From NCBI GenBank assembly GCA_001002285.1, contig LCLX01000005.1, positions 1 to 50,493 of the forward strand: a stretch of DNA of 50,493 nucleotides, in the 5' to 3' direction. The DNA is from Microgenomates group bacterium GW2011_GWC1_46_15. GTDB lineage: Bacteria > Patescibacteriota > Microgenomatia > UBA1400 > UBA12028. The translations under genes and the position numbers were made by a program. Under the pieces are notes generated by a model. It was not told the origin of the DNA. It made no database searches and worked only from the letters and a program-made list of their open reading frames with translations. Shown in pieces: positions 37,758 to 47,258 of the stretch (its first letter is position 1; each line of letters starts with the position of its first letter).

Positions 37758-39068
37758 ATGCCGAAACACAAAACCATAGCAGCAATAGATATTGGAACAG
37801 AAAAAATCTGCACACTGATCTCTGTACTGCATGAGGGAACCCGGGAACCGCAAGTGGTTGGTGTTGCATCGGTCCCAAGCCGTGGTTTGCGGAAAAGCCA
37901 AATTGTTGATCTCGATGAAGCGATCAGCGCGATGACCGAAAGTGTGGATGCTGCGGAACGAATGGCGGGAACAGGAATAAAGTCGGCATTTGTTTCGGTT
38001 GGCGGAGCGCACATTCAATCGCAAAACTCGAAAGGTGTTGTCGCCGCGTCTAATCCGCAGGGTGAGATTACAGAAGAAGACGTCCGCAGAGTCATTGAGG
38101 CGGCGCGTGCCGTTTCTTTACCAAATGCCCGCGAAGTTATTCATGTGATCCCGCGCGACTACCAAGTAGACTCGCAGTCGGGGATTAAAGATCCGATTGG
38201 GATGTCTGGTGTCCGGCTGGAAGCAGAAGCGCACATTATCACCGGTTCCTCAACCGCGATGCGCAACATTACAAAATGTTTATCCGAGCTTGGTATCCAA
38301 TGCTCCGGTTTTGTTTTTTCAGGTTTGGCGTCCGCGCACGCGGTTCTTTCCGAGACCGAGCGCGAACTTGGCGTTGTCGTTGTGGATATTGGCGCGGGCT
38401 CAACATCAATTTGCGCGTTTGTAGAAGGTTCGTTGGCGTACAGCGGTGTATTGCCGATTGGCGCACGGCACATTTCTGCTGATATTGCATTGGGATTGCG
38501 CATGAGTTTGCAGTCAGCTGAAAAAATTAAGCTGTCTCTGGCACGCGTGTACACGCAAAGCACTGAGCCTTTGCCCGGCGAAACGCGTGAGCAAGCACGC
38601 GAACGCAAAAAGAAACACGACGAACTCGATCCGCACGCGATTGGTGTTACGGAAGAGGTTGGAATGCTTTCAAAGAAAACACTGGTTGAAGGGATTATTG
38701 TTCCGCGGTTGCAGGAAATGTTTAAACTCATTGGTGAAGAACTTGAAAAACAGAACTTGTACCCGCTTATTCCCGCCGGCATTGTGTTAACAGGAGGCGG
38801 TGCAGAAACAGTACAGATTGTTGAGGTGTGTAAGCGCATGTTGAACTTGCCAACGCGTATTGGTGAGCCAGGTGGATTAACGGGTTTGACTGATGAAATT
38901 CATTCCCCCATGTACTCTGCAACGTCTGGCCTGTTGGTGTACGGGGTAAAAACGGGTGCTGAGGAAAGCACTCCAAAAGGACAGGATTTAACGGTATTTT
39001 TTAAGCACTTGCGCGTCAAACAACTTATTGAGAAGTCGGTAAAGTTTGTCCGGTCGCTTTTTCCGTAG
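37758..39068 (+). CDS. ftsA: Cell division protein FtsA
   Basis: 'AIDIGTEKI', 'DPIGMSGVRLE', 'VDIGAGST', 'GIVLTGGGA'. Confidence 0.95.
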   Translation: MPKHKTIAAIDIGTEKICTLISVLHEGTREPQVVGVASVPSRGLRKSQIVDLDEAISAMTESVDAAERMAGTGIKSAFVSVGGAHIQSQNSKGVVAASNPQGEITEEDVRRVIEAARAVSLPNAREVIHVIPRDYQVDSQSGIKDPIGMSGVRLEAEAHIITGSSTAMRNITKCLSELGIQCSGFVFSGLASAHAVLSETERELGVVVVDIGAGSTSICAFVEGSLAYSGVLPIGARHISADIALGLRMSLQSAEKIKLSLARVYTQSTEPLPGETREQARERKKKHDELDPHAIGVTEEVGMLSKKTLVEGIIVPRLQEMFKLIGEELEKQNLYPLIPAGIVLTGGGAETVQIVEVCKRMLNLPTRIGEPGGLTGLTDEIHSPMYSATSGLLVYGVKTGAEESTPKGQDLTVFFKHLRVKQLIEKSVKFVRSLFP

Positions 39069-39110
39069 GTTTGCCAAAAGGAGCCTTTATACACCTCCTT
39101 CTTGCGAACC
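39068..39110 (+). promoter_or_regulatory. Intergenic stem-loop between ftsA and ftsZ
   Basis: GGTTTGC..AAGGAG / CTCCTT..GCGAACC with no U-tract. A -10-like TAGAAT and SD GAGAGG follow before ftsZ. Confidence 0.4.
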
Positions 39111-39193
39111 CAAAGATAATACAGTAGGATAAACGGCATATTGTCTAGTATGTAGAATGTAATTTCCAGCCCGCCCAACATGAAGAGAGGATT

Positions 39194-40387
39194 ATGGCGC
39201 TTGTTAAGCCGAGTAACACAACGTTTGCAAAAATTAAAGTGATCGGCGTTGGAGGCGGGGGTGGAAACGCGATCAACTCAATGATCTCGTCAAACTTAAT
39301 TCAAGGTGTTGAGTTTGTGGCCGTGAATACCGACGCGCAGGCGCTCCTCACAAATAAAGCTGACACAAAGTTTCAGATTGGCTCAAACTATACGCGCGGA
39401 CTTGGCTCCGGTGCCGATCCTGAGGTCGGCCGGCAAGCTGCGGAAGAGTCGCGTGAAAAACTCAAAGAACTCGTGTTCGATACCGACATGGTATTTATCA
39501 CCGCTGGAATGGGCGGTGGGACGGGGACAGGAGCCTGCCCCATTATTGCTGAGTTAGCCAAAGAGGCCGGTGCGCTTACCGTGGCCGTGGTCACGAAACC
39601 ATTTGTATTTGAAGGCGTACGCCGTATGGGTGTTGCCGAAGAAGGCATCGAACAACTCCGAGACAAAGTTGACACTCTGATTGTGATTCCAAACCAGCGG
39701 TTGTTAGATGTTGTTGACCGCAAGATGACGCTCATGGACGCGTTCCACCTTGCTGATAACGTGTTGGGTCAAGGCGTGCAGGCAATTTCCGATCTCATTA
39801 TTGTTCCAGGTTTGATTAATGTGGACTTTGCCGATGTCAAAACCGTCATGTCGGACTCTGGTACCGCGCTTATGGGTATTGGAACGGCATCCGGTGAAAA
39901 TCGTGCCATTACCGCAGCCCGTGCCGCGATTTCCTCACCATTGCTTGAACTTTCTATCGAAGGAGCGAAAGGTATTTTGTACACCGTCACAGGTGGCGAC
40001 GATCTCACGCTTGCCGAGGTTTCTGAGGCCTCTACTATTATTCAACAGACCGCCGATCCCGACGCCAACATTATTTTCGGCGCCAACATTGATAAAGAGT
40101 TGGGAAATACCGTCAAAATCAGTGTTATTGCGACAGGATTTGACGAGAACAAACTACGATATGGTGGATATCGGCCACGGTTTGGCGCATATGACGCCGC
40201 GGCAAAGGCAAAAGTGGCTTCGCAACAAGGAGGCGCGGGAGCGTTTGGAGCTGTGCAATCTAGCCAACAGCCACAACAAAATATGCAGTCGAATCCCGTA
40301 ATCAACGATCAACCCGTACAAGAAGATAAAAAAGACGAATTCGAAGATGAGTTTGATATCCCAGCATTTTTGAGACAAGGAAAGTAA
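39194..40387 (+). CDS. ftsZ: Cell division protein FtsZ
   Basis: 'GVGGGGGNA', 'NTD.QAL', 'GMGGGTGTG', 'INVDFAD', C-terminal 'DIPAFLR'. Confidence 0.98.
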   Translation: MALVKPSNTTFAKIKVIGVGGGGGNAINSMISSNLIQGVEFVAVNTDAQALLTNKADTKFQIGSNYTRGLGSGADPEVGRQAAEESREKLKELVFDTDMVFITAGMGGGTGTGACPIIAELAKEAGALTVAVVTKPFVFEGVRRMGVAEEGIEQLRDKVDTLIVIPNQRLLDVVDRKMTLMDAFHLADNVLGQGVQAISDLIIVPGLINVDFADVKTVMSDSGTALMGIGTASGENRAITAARAAISSPLLELSIEGAKGILYTVTGGDDLTLAEVSEASTIIQQTADPDANIIFGANIDKELGNTVKISVIATGFDENKLRYGGYRPRFGAYDAAAKAKVASQQGGAGAFGAVQSSQQPQQNMQSNPVINDQPVQEDKKDEFEDEFDIPAFLRQGK

Positions 40388-40400
40388 TAAAAGAGGAAAT

Positions 40401-40720
40401 ATGCCACCCGTTGCAGAACAAATTGATAGTTTTTGCTACACTCCTGGACAAGGAGAGGGGCGACCCGCAAGATTCGAAATTGTTGTTGCCAATGGAGAAG
40501 GAGGACAGCAATCATACACTTTTCCCTTTTTGAACTCATAAAAGTTTTACAGTTACCTAATTCTAATCCAGTTCTTCTCAATCTTTGGAATATGGTCAAT
40601 CAGGCAGCCGAAGCAGAAAAACTTGACGCAGAATCTCTTTCAGCATTTACGACATTTTTAATGCAGTTGTCTGGATACATGTCTGGGAATGTGGGTGCTG
40701 AATATGCGGGAAAGGAATAA
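40401..40720 (+). pseudogene. Frameshifted orphan gene (about 106 aa if repaired)
   Basis: SD GAGG and ATG 40401 give 46 aa ending at TAA 40539-41. One extra base in the run ACTTTTCCCTTTTTG (40518-32) joins it to the -1 frame '...SLFELIKVLQ...AGKE*', whose stop overlaps the next ATG. Confidence 0.6.
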
Positions 40721-40977
40721 TGGCAGAAACTTTTTCTCCCACTGCTGGGTATGAACGACACTTCATTATTGGTAATTTTGTAGGGGCACCATACTACACA
40801 TATCCTTTTGGAGAACGCGTGACCCCTGAAAAAGATATTCCTCAAAAATATCGTGTCAGACGCCCACTTCCAGGTGGTAAAACTCAAGTCTGTGATAGTA
40901 GAATCGCATATACTTTTCATCCCAAAGTTGGTGCATACCTTGAATGCGCTGATGTTGCGTTTGATGAAGAGTGGTGA
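40720..40977 (+). CDS. Hypothetical protein (85 aa)
   Basis: SD AAGGA, TAATG coupling to the upstream frame; no recognisable motif. Confidence 0.55.
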   Translation: MAETFSPTAGYERHFIIGNFVGAPYYTYPFGERVTPEKDIPQKYRVRRPLPGGKTQVCDSRIAYTFHPKVGAYLECADVAFDEEW

Positions 40978-41002
40978 TCATTTCCTGACTGCAGTTCACC
41001 TG

Positions 41003-41180
41003 TGTTATACTATTCCCAAATAAATAAAAGCATACTCCCCGCCCATCATCGGGGTGCTGATCGAAGAAATCCTTCGGGAAAGTAGAACGATCCGGGTAAG
41101 CCCGAGACAGCAGGATTGAGAAGCAAGTAAGGTGGAACCACGCGGAAGCGTCCTTGAAGGACAGTGAGCGTGGTTTTTTT
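41003..41180 (+). promoter_or_regulatory. Isoleucine T-box riboswitch with ultrashort Stem I and an intrinsic terminator, plus its promoter
   Basis: TGtTATACT (41003-11). Stem I AGCA-tact-CCCCG[CCCATCAT]CGGGG-TGCT with ATC at 41045-47. Stem II GATCG..GAA..cTTCGg..AGTA..CGATC. Stem IIA CGGG/CCCG. Antiterminator AAGG-TGGAACC-ACGC-GGAA-GCGT-CCTT. Terminator CCACGC/GCGTGG plus T7. Confidence 0.88.
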
Positions 41181-41211
41181 ATGCCAACATATGACACAAT
41201 AGGAGTGCGCA

Positions 41212-44031
41212 ATGAAACATATAGATAGTTTTCAAACTCAGCCAAATCTTCCTCAACTCGAAGAGGAAGTGCTCAAGCATTGGGACGAAACAGACGCATT
41301 TGCCAAATCCGTTAGCCAGCGTCCGGCCACCAAGCCCTACATTTTCTACGATGGCCCTCCATTTGCGACGGGTTTGCCGCACTATGGCCATCTCTTGGCT
41401 TCAACCATTAAGGACGTGATTCCGCGGTACTGGACGATGAAAGGCTACCGCGTGGAGCGTGTGTGGGGTTGGGACTGCCATGGAGTTCCGATCGAAAACA
41501 TGATCGAAAAAGAACTTGATCTCAAAGGTGGGAAAAAAGGCATTGAAGAAATGGGAATTGGCAAGTTTAACGCTGCGTGCCGCGCGGCAATTTTGCGATT
41601 CGACAAAGATTGGGAAATCATCATTAAACGCCTTGGCCGGTGGGTGGACTTCAAACACTCCTACAAGACAATGGATAACACATACATGGAATCGGTGTGG
41701 TGGGCATTTTCGCAGCTCCACACTGGTGGATTGGTGTACGAAGGGCACAAAGTCATTTTGTACTGCCCGCGATGCGCCACACCGTTGTCGAACTTTGAGA
41801 TTGTAATGGATAACTCGTACAAAGACGTCGAGGATAACTCGGTTTATGTAAAGTTCAAGGCGGTTGGCATCGAAAACGAGTACTTTATCGCGTGGACAAC
41901 TACACCATGGACACTCATTGGCAATGTCGCATTAGCAGTAGATGCTAAAGCGGAGTATGCGCAGGTTGAACTCAATGGGGAGCTGCTTTGGGTGGCAAAA
42001 AAGCTTGTCAAAACAGTATTTAAGGGTGATAAACCGGTCGTTAAGCAAACAATCAAAGGCAAAGACCTTGTTGGTCGGCAGTATGAGCCACTTTATACGT
42101 TTATGCCTTTGGATGGAAAAAAGGCGCACTACATCGCATCTGCTGATTTTGTGAGTTTGGAAGATGGAACGGGTATTGTTCATACCGCCGCGATTTATGG
42201 TGAAGATGACTATGCGCTAGCGCAAAAACTTAATCTTCCGTGTGTCCCAACGATGGATGACCAAGGGCGATTCTTGGAGTTTGTAACTCCGCTCGCCGGT
42301 GTGTTTTACAAAAAAGCAGAAGACTGGATTATTGAGGACTTAACCAAACGCGCTCTCATGTATGCCGCACAAAAAACAACGCACTCATATCCATTCTGCT
42401 ACCGCTGTTCCACACCGCTGTACTACAATGCTGTGCCGGCATGGTTTATCAACGTACAAAAAATCAAGCCGGAATTAGTAAAACAGAATGAAAAGATTAA
42501 CTGGTATCCGGAATTTTTGAAACACGGACGGTTTGGTAAGGGGCTAGAAACGGCACCGGATTGGAACATTTCACGCTCCCGCTATTGGGGAACGCCGATG
42601 CCGGTATGGGTGGGTGAAAAGACTGGCAAGCAACGCATTTTGAGTTCGTTTGCAGAGTTAGAGAAGTGGGCGGTAAAGCCGGATTCTGTTCGAACATTAA
42701 CGGATTACCACCGCGAGTTTCTCGATGATATTGAAGTTTGGGTTGACGACGCAAAAACAGAAAAAGGCCGCCGCATTCCCGATGTGTTTGACTGCTGGGT
42801 TGAGTCTGGTTCAATGCCGTACGCGTCTATCCACTATCCGTTTGAGCATAAGGACAAGTTTGAGGCGAGTTATCCCGCGCAGTTTATTTCTGAGTACATC
42901 GCGCAAACCCGCGCGTGGTTTTACACACTGCACGTGATGTCAGTTGGACTGTTTGGAAAGCCGGCGTTTGAAAATGCTGTTACGACAGGGACAATTTTGG
43001 CAGCAGATGGGTCCAAAATGAGCAAGTCCAAGAAAAACTATCCCGATCCGATGCTTCTCATCGATAAACATGGTGTAGATTCTTTGCGCCTGTACTTGAT
43101 GAGTTCAACCGTGATGAAAGCAGATAACGTAAACTTTAGCGAAGACGGAGTGAACGAGATTCGCAAAAAAGTATTTGGCATTTGGTGGAATGTATTTTCA
43201 TTCTACAAACTTTATGCAGATCAAACAAAACCATTAGAGTTGCCCAAAAAGATTACACATGTCATGGATGTGTGGATTGTGTCTCGGATAACTCGCCTTA
43301 TTCAAGAGGTAACGGCATACATGGATGCGTATGATGTGGTCAACACTTCCCGCGTGCTCATGACGTTTGTTGATGAACTGTCCACGTGGTATCTGCGTGA
43401 GAGCCGTGATCGCCTGCGGGATAAAGCAACGAATGGTGAAGCAAGCCAAGTGTTTGGATGGGTACTGCTTACGCTCGCAAAATTGTTTGCCCCGATCACA
43501 CCGTTTTTCCCGGAGTTGTTATATCAGCATCTTGGACAGATAAAAGGGGAGTCTATTCACTTGGAAGATTGGCCTGTTGCAGAACCTACGTACATACACG
43601 ATCAGCTTGAGCAGATGATGAAACTTGTTCGTGAAGTTGTAGAAAAAGTGCACGCAGCCCGTAAGGAACAACATATAAAGGTTCGTCAGCCTCTTGCACG
43701 TGTAATAGTGACGGCCTCTGCACAACCGATGGACAATGTACTTGATATTCTTAAACAAGAAATCAATGTAGAGGAAGTTGTGTGGACTGAAAAAGCAGAA
43801 AGTGAACTTACTGTTACCCTCGACACAACACTCACTGACAATCTCAAAGCCAAAGGAGAGATGCGTGAAGTCATGCGTGTTATTCAAGATCTCCGCAAAG
43901 AATCGAACGTTGGATTTGACGCGTACGTAAATGTTCAGCTTCCAAGTTGGCCGAAACAGTTTGAAGATGAGATCAAAAAGAAGACGCTAGTGAAAAACCT
44001 CACAGCTGGTGATGTTCCGAAGATTGTATGA
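41212..44031 (+). CDS. ileS: Isoleucine--tRNA ligase, type 2 (eukaryote-like)
   Basis: 'FYDGPPFATGLPHYGH', 'GWDCHG', 'WTTTPWTL', 'DWNISRSRYWGTP', 'KMSKSKKNYPDP'; type-2 C-terminus 'RE..R.IQDLRK' without the type-1 Zn finger. Confidence 0.96.
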   Translation: MKHIDSFQTQPNLPQLEEEVLKHWDETDAFAKSVSQRPATKPYIFYDGPPFATGLPHYGHLLASTIKDVIPRYWTMKGYRVERVWGWDCHGVPIENMIEKELDLKGGKKGIEEMGIGKFNAACRAAILRFDKDWEIIIKRLGRWVDFKHSYKTMDNTYMESVWWAFSQLHTGGLVYEGHKVILYCPRCATPLSNFEIVMDNSYKDVEDNSVYVKFKAVGIENEYFIAWTTTPWTLIGNVALAVDAKAEYAQVELNGELLWVAKKLVKTVFKGDKPVVKQTIKGKDLVGRQYEPLYTFMPLDGKKAHYIASADFVSLEDGTGIVHTAAIYGEDDYALAQKLNLPCVPTMDDQGRFLEFVTPLAGVFYKKAEDWIIEDLTKRALMYAAQKTTHSYPFCYRCSTPLYYNAVPAWFINVQKIKPELVKQNEKINWYPEFLKHGRFGKGLETAPDWNISRSRYWGTPMPVWVGEKTGKQRILSSFAELEKWAVKPDSVRTLTDYHREFLDDIEVWVDDAKTEKGRRIPDVFDCWVESGSMPYASIHYPFEHKDKFEASYPAQFISEYIAQTRAWFYTLHVMSVGLFGKPAFENAVTTGTILAADGSKMSKSKKNYPDPMLLIDKHGVDSLRLYLMSSTVMKADNVNFSEDGVNEIRKKVFGIWWNVFSFYKLYADQTKPLELPKKITHVMDVWIVSRITRLIQEVTAYMDAYDVVNTSRVLMTFVDELSTWYLRESRDRLRDKATNGEASQVFGWVLLTLAKLFAPITPFFPELLYQHLGQIKGESIHLEDWPVAEPTYIHDQLEQMMKLVREVVEKVHAARKEQHIKVRQPLARVIVTASAQPMDNVLDILKQEINVEEVVWTEKAESELTVTLDTTLTDNLKAKGEMREVMRVIQDLRKESNVGFDAYVNVQLPSWPKQFEDEIKKKTLVKNLTAGDVPKIV

Positions 44032-45224
44032 AAAATATTTTCCCACTCTCTCACATAAAAAATATCAAATTGTTTTATATTCTCACGATTTTGACAAATT
44101 GTTGGTTTATTTCCGCAAACTGGATTTTCTTCTGGACTCGGTTAATGACATATAAACAGTTGGGCATTGTAGATGCCTCTGCATTCGCATTCGGTCTTTT
44201 AATGGAAATACCAACAGGAGCTATTGCGGACATGTTGGGGAAAAAGAAAACATTGCTTACATCCTTGTTCATTTCCGCGTGCTCAGTTTTATTTATTACA
44301 TTCTCAAACTCCTTATTTTCTTTTTGGGCTGGATTTTTTATTCTCCAGTTAGGTTGGGCATTATATTCAGGAACTGCTGAAGCATTCGCATATGATACTC
44401 TTGTTGATCATAAAAAAGAGAAATCATTTGATCAAGTTATTTCAACAAGCGGCACTTTAATGGGAATCACTTCTATTTCGGCACTTGCGTTAGGAGGAAT
44501 TGCCTATGCTATTAATTTCCGTCTTTCTCATTTTTTCTGGGGCATAGCGTATTTGATTGGTTTTTTCTTAGCATTTGGTCTTACTGAACCCAAAATGGAT
44601 ACAGAGAAATTTTCATTAAAAGCATATTTTGCAAAAATTTTAGAAGGAGTTAAGTATCTTTTTCAACGATCATTACGACCATTCTTAGTTATTATTCTTG
44701 TACTGATGGGTTCTGACTACATGTTCCATTGGAGATTGATAAAACCAGCAATGGGCATGATGTTTCATTTTGATGCAAACATGATGTCAATACTTTTTAC
44801 GATATTCGGTATTATAAGCGTGGGTGTTATAAAGTTTCTTCCGCAAATTCGCCGGTTAATCAACGATACTCTAGGACTATATCTTTTAGCGATTGTTATG
44901 GCTGTTGGTTTTGGCTTAGCCTTTTTTGATTTAGGATATTGGGGAGCAATTGCGATATTACTGATCTGGTTGGCTGGAACACTTACTCAACCATGGATTT
45001 CTGTTGTTGTTAATCAAAAAATACCTTCAGCATCTCGGGCAACAACGTTATCAACTGTTGCACTCATTACGAAGATTCCATATGTTTTTACGGCAGTTAT
45101 CGCAGGACAAATGTTACAAGAGGGTAAATTGAATGTCTTCAGCCTCGGTGTTGCAATATTTATTCTTACGTCAATACTCGTAAGTTCTATAGTGATGTTT
45201 ATTCAGAAACGACCCGCACAATAA
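44028..45224 (+). CDS. MFS transporter
   Basis: 'EIPTGAIADMLGKKKTL' motif A, 'SGT.EA..YD', 'RAT.LS', about 12 TM segments. Visibly AT-rich; ATGA overlap with ileS. Confidence 0.88.
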   Translation: MKNIFPLSHIKNIKLFYILTILTNCWFISANWIFFWTRLMTYKQLGIVDASAFAFGLLMEIPTGAIADMLGKKKTLLTSLFISACSVLFITFSNSLFSFWAGFFILQLGWALYSGTAEAFAYDTLVDHKKEKSFDQVISTSGTLMGITSISALALGGIAYAINFRLSHFFWGIAYLIGFFLAFGLTEPKMDTEKFSLKAYFAKILEGVKYLFQRSLRPFLVIILVLMGSDYMFHWRLIKPAMGMMFHFDANMMSILFTIFGIISVGVIKFLPQIRRLINDTLGLYLLAIVMAVGFGLAFFDLGYWGAIAILLIWLAGTLTQPWISVVVNQKIPSASRATTLSTVALITKIPYVFTAVIAGQMLQEGKLNVFSLGVAIFILTSILVSSIVMFIQKRPAQ

Positions 45225-45227
45225 TTC

Positions 45228-46109
45228 TTATTCCTGCGTATCGGTGCTTGTATCCCCACCGCCATACTGCTTTATGAGTGCATCAATTTCAGCTTGGCTT
45301 GGTCCTTCTGAACCACCTGTTCCACTTGAGCCACTGCCACCACTGTTGCTTCCGCCTCCCGTAGTTCCAGCTCCTGCCGGCGCGTACATCATCTCAAACG
45401 CGGACTTTCCTTCGGGAACGTCTTTGGTCGGAGACGGCACGGTAACAGAAGTGTCATCGTACGAGTACACCATGGTTGAGGTGAACTCGCCGAACTTTGA
45501 CTCCTCTTTTCTCAGCAAGTACTGCTTATCGTCAAACCAGAACGTACGTTTCCCCTCTGGGTTATCGGTTGCGGACTCCTCATATTTGTAACACATGAGA
45601 GTTCCACACGCTTCTTTCCCAAGGCTCTTATACACAGTCTTGTCTTTCTGCTCTTCAAATTGTTTCTTCATCTCATCCGGTGAAAACTTGAATGTATCTT
45701 CTGCCGGTGACTTTTTGTCATCCTTTTTCGCAACTTCTTTCCACCACTTACCATCTTTTTGATCTTTCAGATATGTGGTATCACCCATCATGATGTAATC
45801 CATTGTTTCTTTTCCATTGTCAACGGATGTTGTGCGGAAGTTTGCCGTACTTCCCTTGACTTCCATGCGCATCGTTGTGGTTCCCTCACCTTTTCCGGAC
45901 GACGTACTCACGATTTTGTATGCCATTTTAGAAAACTGTGCGGCGAGGTGTTTGCGCAATACATCGTCTTTAATGTTAACGAGCATTGTTTCGATTGCCG
46001 ATTTTGCCGCTTGTTCGGTTGCTTTTTGTTGGACATTCTGCGCGAGCGTGCATCCGCCGAATACAAGACTCGAACACAAAAGGAGAGCTACAGCATGTGT
46101 TTTTATCAT
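45228..46109 (-). CDS. Lipoprotein, possibly LolA/LppX-like beta-rich fold, with a Gly/Ser-rich tail
   Basis: Lipobox FGGC; 'LGKEACG..CYKY', 'TFWFDDK.YL'; C-terminal GS low-complexity region. Confidence 0.7.
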   Translation of the reverse strand: MIKTHAVALLLCSSLVFGGCTLAQNVQQKATEQAAKSAIETMLVNIKDDVLRKHLAAQFSKMAYKIVSTSSGKGEGTTTMRMEVKGSTANFRTTSVDNGKETMDYIMMGDTTYLKDQKDGKWWKEVAKKDDKKSPAEDTFKFSPDEMKKQFEEQKDKTVYKSLGKEACGTLMCYKYEESATDNPEGKRTFWFDDKQYLLRKEESKFGEFTSTMVYSYDDTSVTVPSPTKDVPEGKSAFEMMYAPAGAGTTGGGSNSGGSGSSGTGGSEGPSQAEIDALIKQYGGGDTSTDTQE

Positions 46110-46167
46110 ATGCACCTACTGTACAAAACTTATATGCGGATTGCAAATAGACGTGTACACTAGGGAA

Positions 46168-47244
46168 GTGAAGCAATCTGTACTCGTGCTACTGGGCACT
46201 CTTTTTCTTTTTTCGCTGATATCTCTACTCGTGCTTTCGAGTGTTTCTCCACAATCTCTTTGGTCGCAGGCAATTGCATTTCTGATTGGAGGTGTTGTGT
46301 TGTACATGAGTGCTCGCCTGCCGTTCTCTGCGTGGAAAAAACTTGCCATTCCGCTTTTGCTCTCCGTAATTTTCCTTTTTCTCCTCACGTTTATTCTTGG
46401 GAAAACAACGAAAGGCTCGACGCGGTGGATTTCGTTGGGGATTGGCCAGTTCCAACCTTCGCAGTTTGGTAAACCAATATATGCGCTTGCGCTAACAGTA
46501 TTGGCGGGGGCATCGTTAAAAAAACCAAGAAAGATCATGAAGTTTTTAGGATACGCTCTTGTTCCCGCAGGCTTGGTGTTTTTCCAGCCCGATCTTGGAA
46601 CGGCAGTCATCTATATAACAATCGCGGGGGCCGTTATTTTGGCTTCGGATATGCCAGTTCAGTATCTTTTAGGCCTATTAGTTGTGTGTGTGGTGCTGGG
46701 GACGCTGAGTTGGTTTGTTGTACTCCGTGACTACCAGCGCCAGCGGATATATAGCTTTGTTCACCCGGATCAAAATGCGTTGCACGCTGGGTACAACGCA
46801 AGGCAGGCGATGATCGCGGTGGGTTCGGGAAAAATTTTTGGTAGGGGACTCGGGCACGGGATTCAGTCGGGCTTGAAGTTTCTGCCGGAAAAACACACGG
46901 ATTTCTTCTTTTCGTCCATTTCCGAGGAATTAGGGTTGATCGGCGGGGGAATAGTGCTTGTGCTGTACGGAATGCTATTTTCAGTTCTCCACCGCATAAT
47001 GCACACTGCCCGCGATCCCGTTAGTAAAATTTTCATGTTTGCGCTTATTTCCGGCTTATTTGCGCAAACGGCCATCAACATTGGAATGAACATCGGCTTG
47101 CTTCCAATTACCGGTATTACACTCCCCCTGCTCTCGTTTGGCGGAAGCTCGGTGGTTTCCACGTGTCTTTTCCTTGGTATCGCCTCCAGCGCCGCGAAAA
47201 CAGCAAAGCCTGGTTCGGTCGTTGAATTCCGGTCGTTCCTCTGA
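46168..47244 (+). CDS. rodA: SEDS protein RodA
   Basis: 'GSTRWI', 'FQPSQFGK', 'QPDLGT', 'YQRQRI', 'GYNARQA.IAVGSG', 'LPEKHTDF', 'PITGITLP..SFGGSS'. GTG start avoids overlap with the divergent lipoprotein. Confidence 0.88.
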   Translation: MKQSVLVLLGTLFLFSLISLLVLSSVSPQSLWSQAIAFLIGGVVLYMSARLPFSAWKKLAIPLLLSVIFLFLLTFILGKTTKGSTRWISLGIGQFQPSQFGKPIYALALTVLAGASLKKPRKIMKFLGYALVPAGLVFFQPDLGTAVIYITIAGAVILASDMPVQYLLGLLVVCVVLGTLSWFVVLRDYQRQRIYSFVHPDQNALHAGYNARQAMIAVGSGKIFGRGLGHGIQSGLKFLPEKHTDFFFSSISEELGLIGGGIVLVLYGMLFSVLHRIMHTARDPVSKIFMFALISGLFAQTAINIGMNIGLLPITGITLPLLSFGGSSVVSTCLFLGIASSAAKTAKPGSVVEFRSFL

Positions 47245-47258
47245 TACAATCGCCAAAT

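Noticed and set aside
45817-46167. 117-aa N-terminal extension of RodA antisense to the lipoprotein
   Set aside because: Shadow of the minus-strand gene; SEDS-like sequence begins at GTG 46168.
47150-47170. parS-like GTTTCCACGTG near parB
   Set aside because: Only a half match to TGTTNCACGTGAAACA, not palindromic, and inside rodA. I saw no convincing parS by eye.
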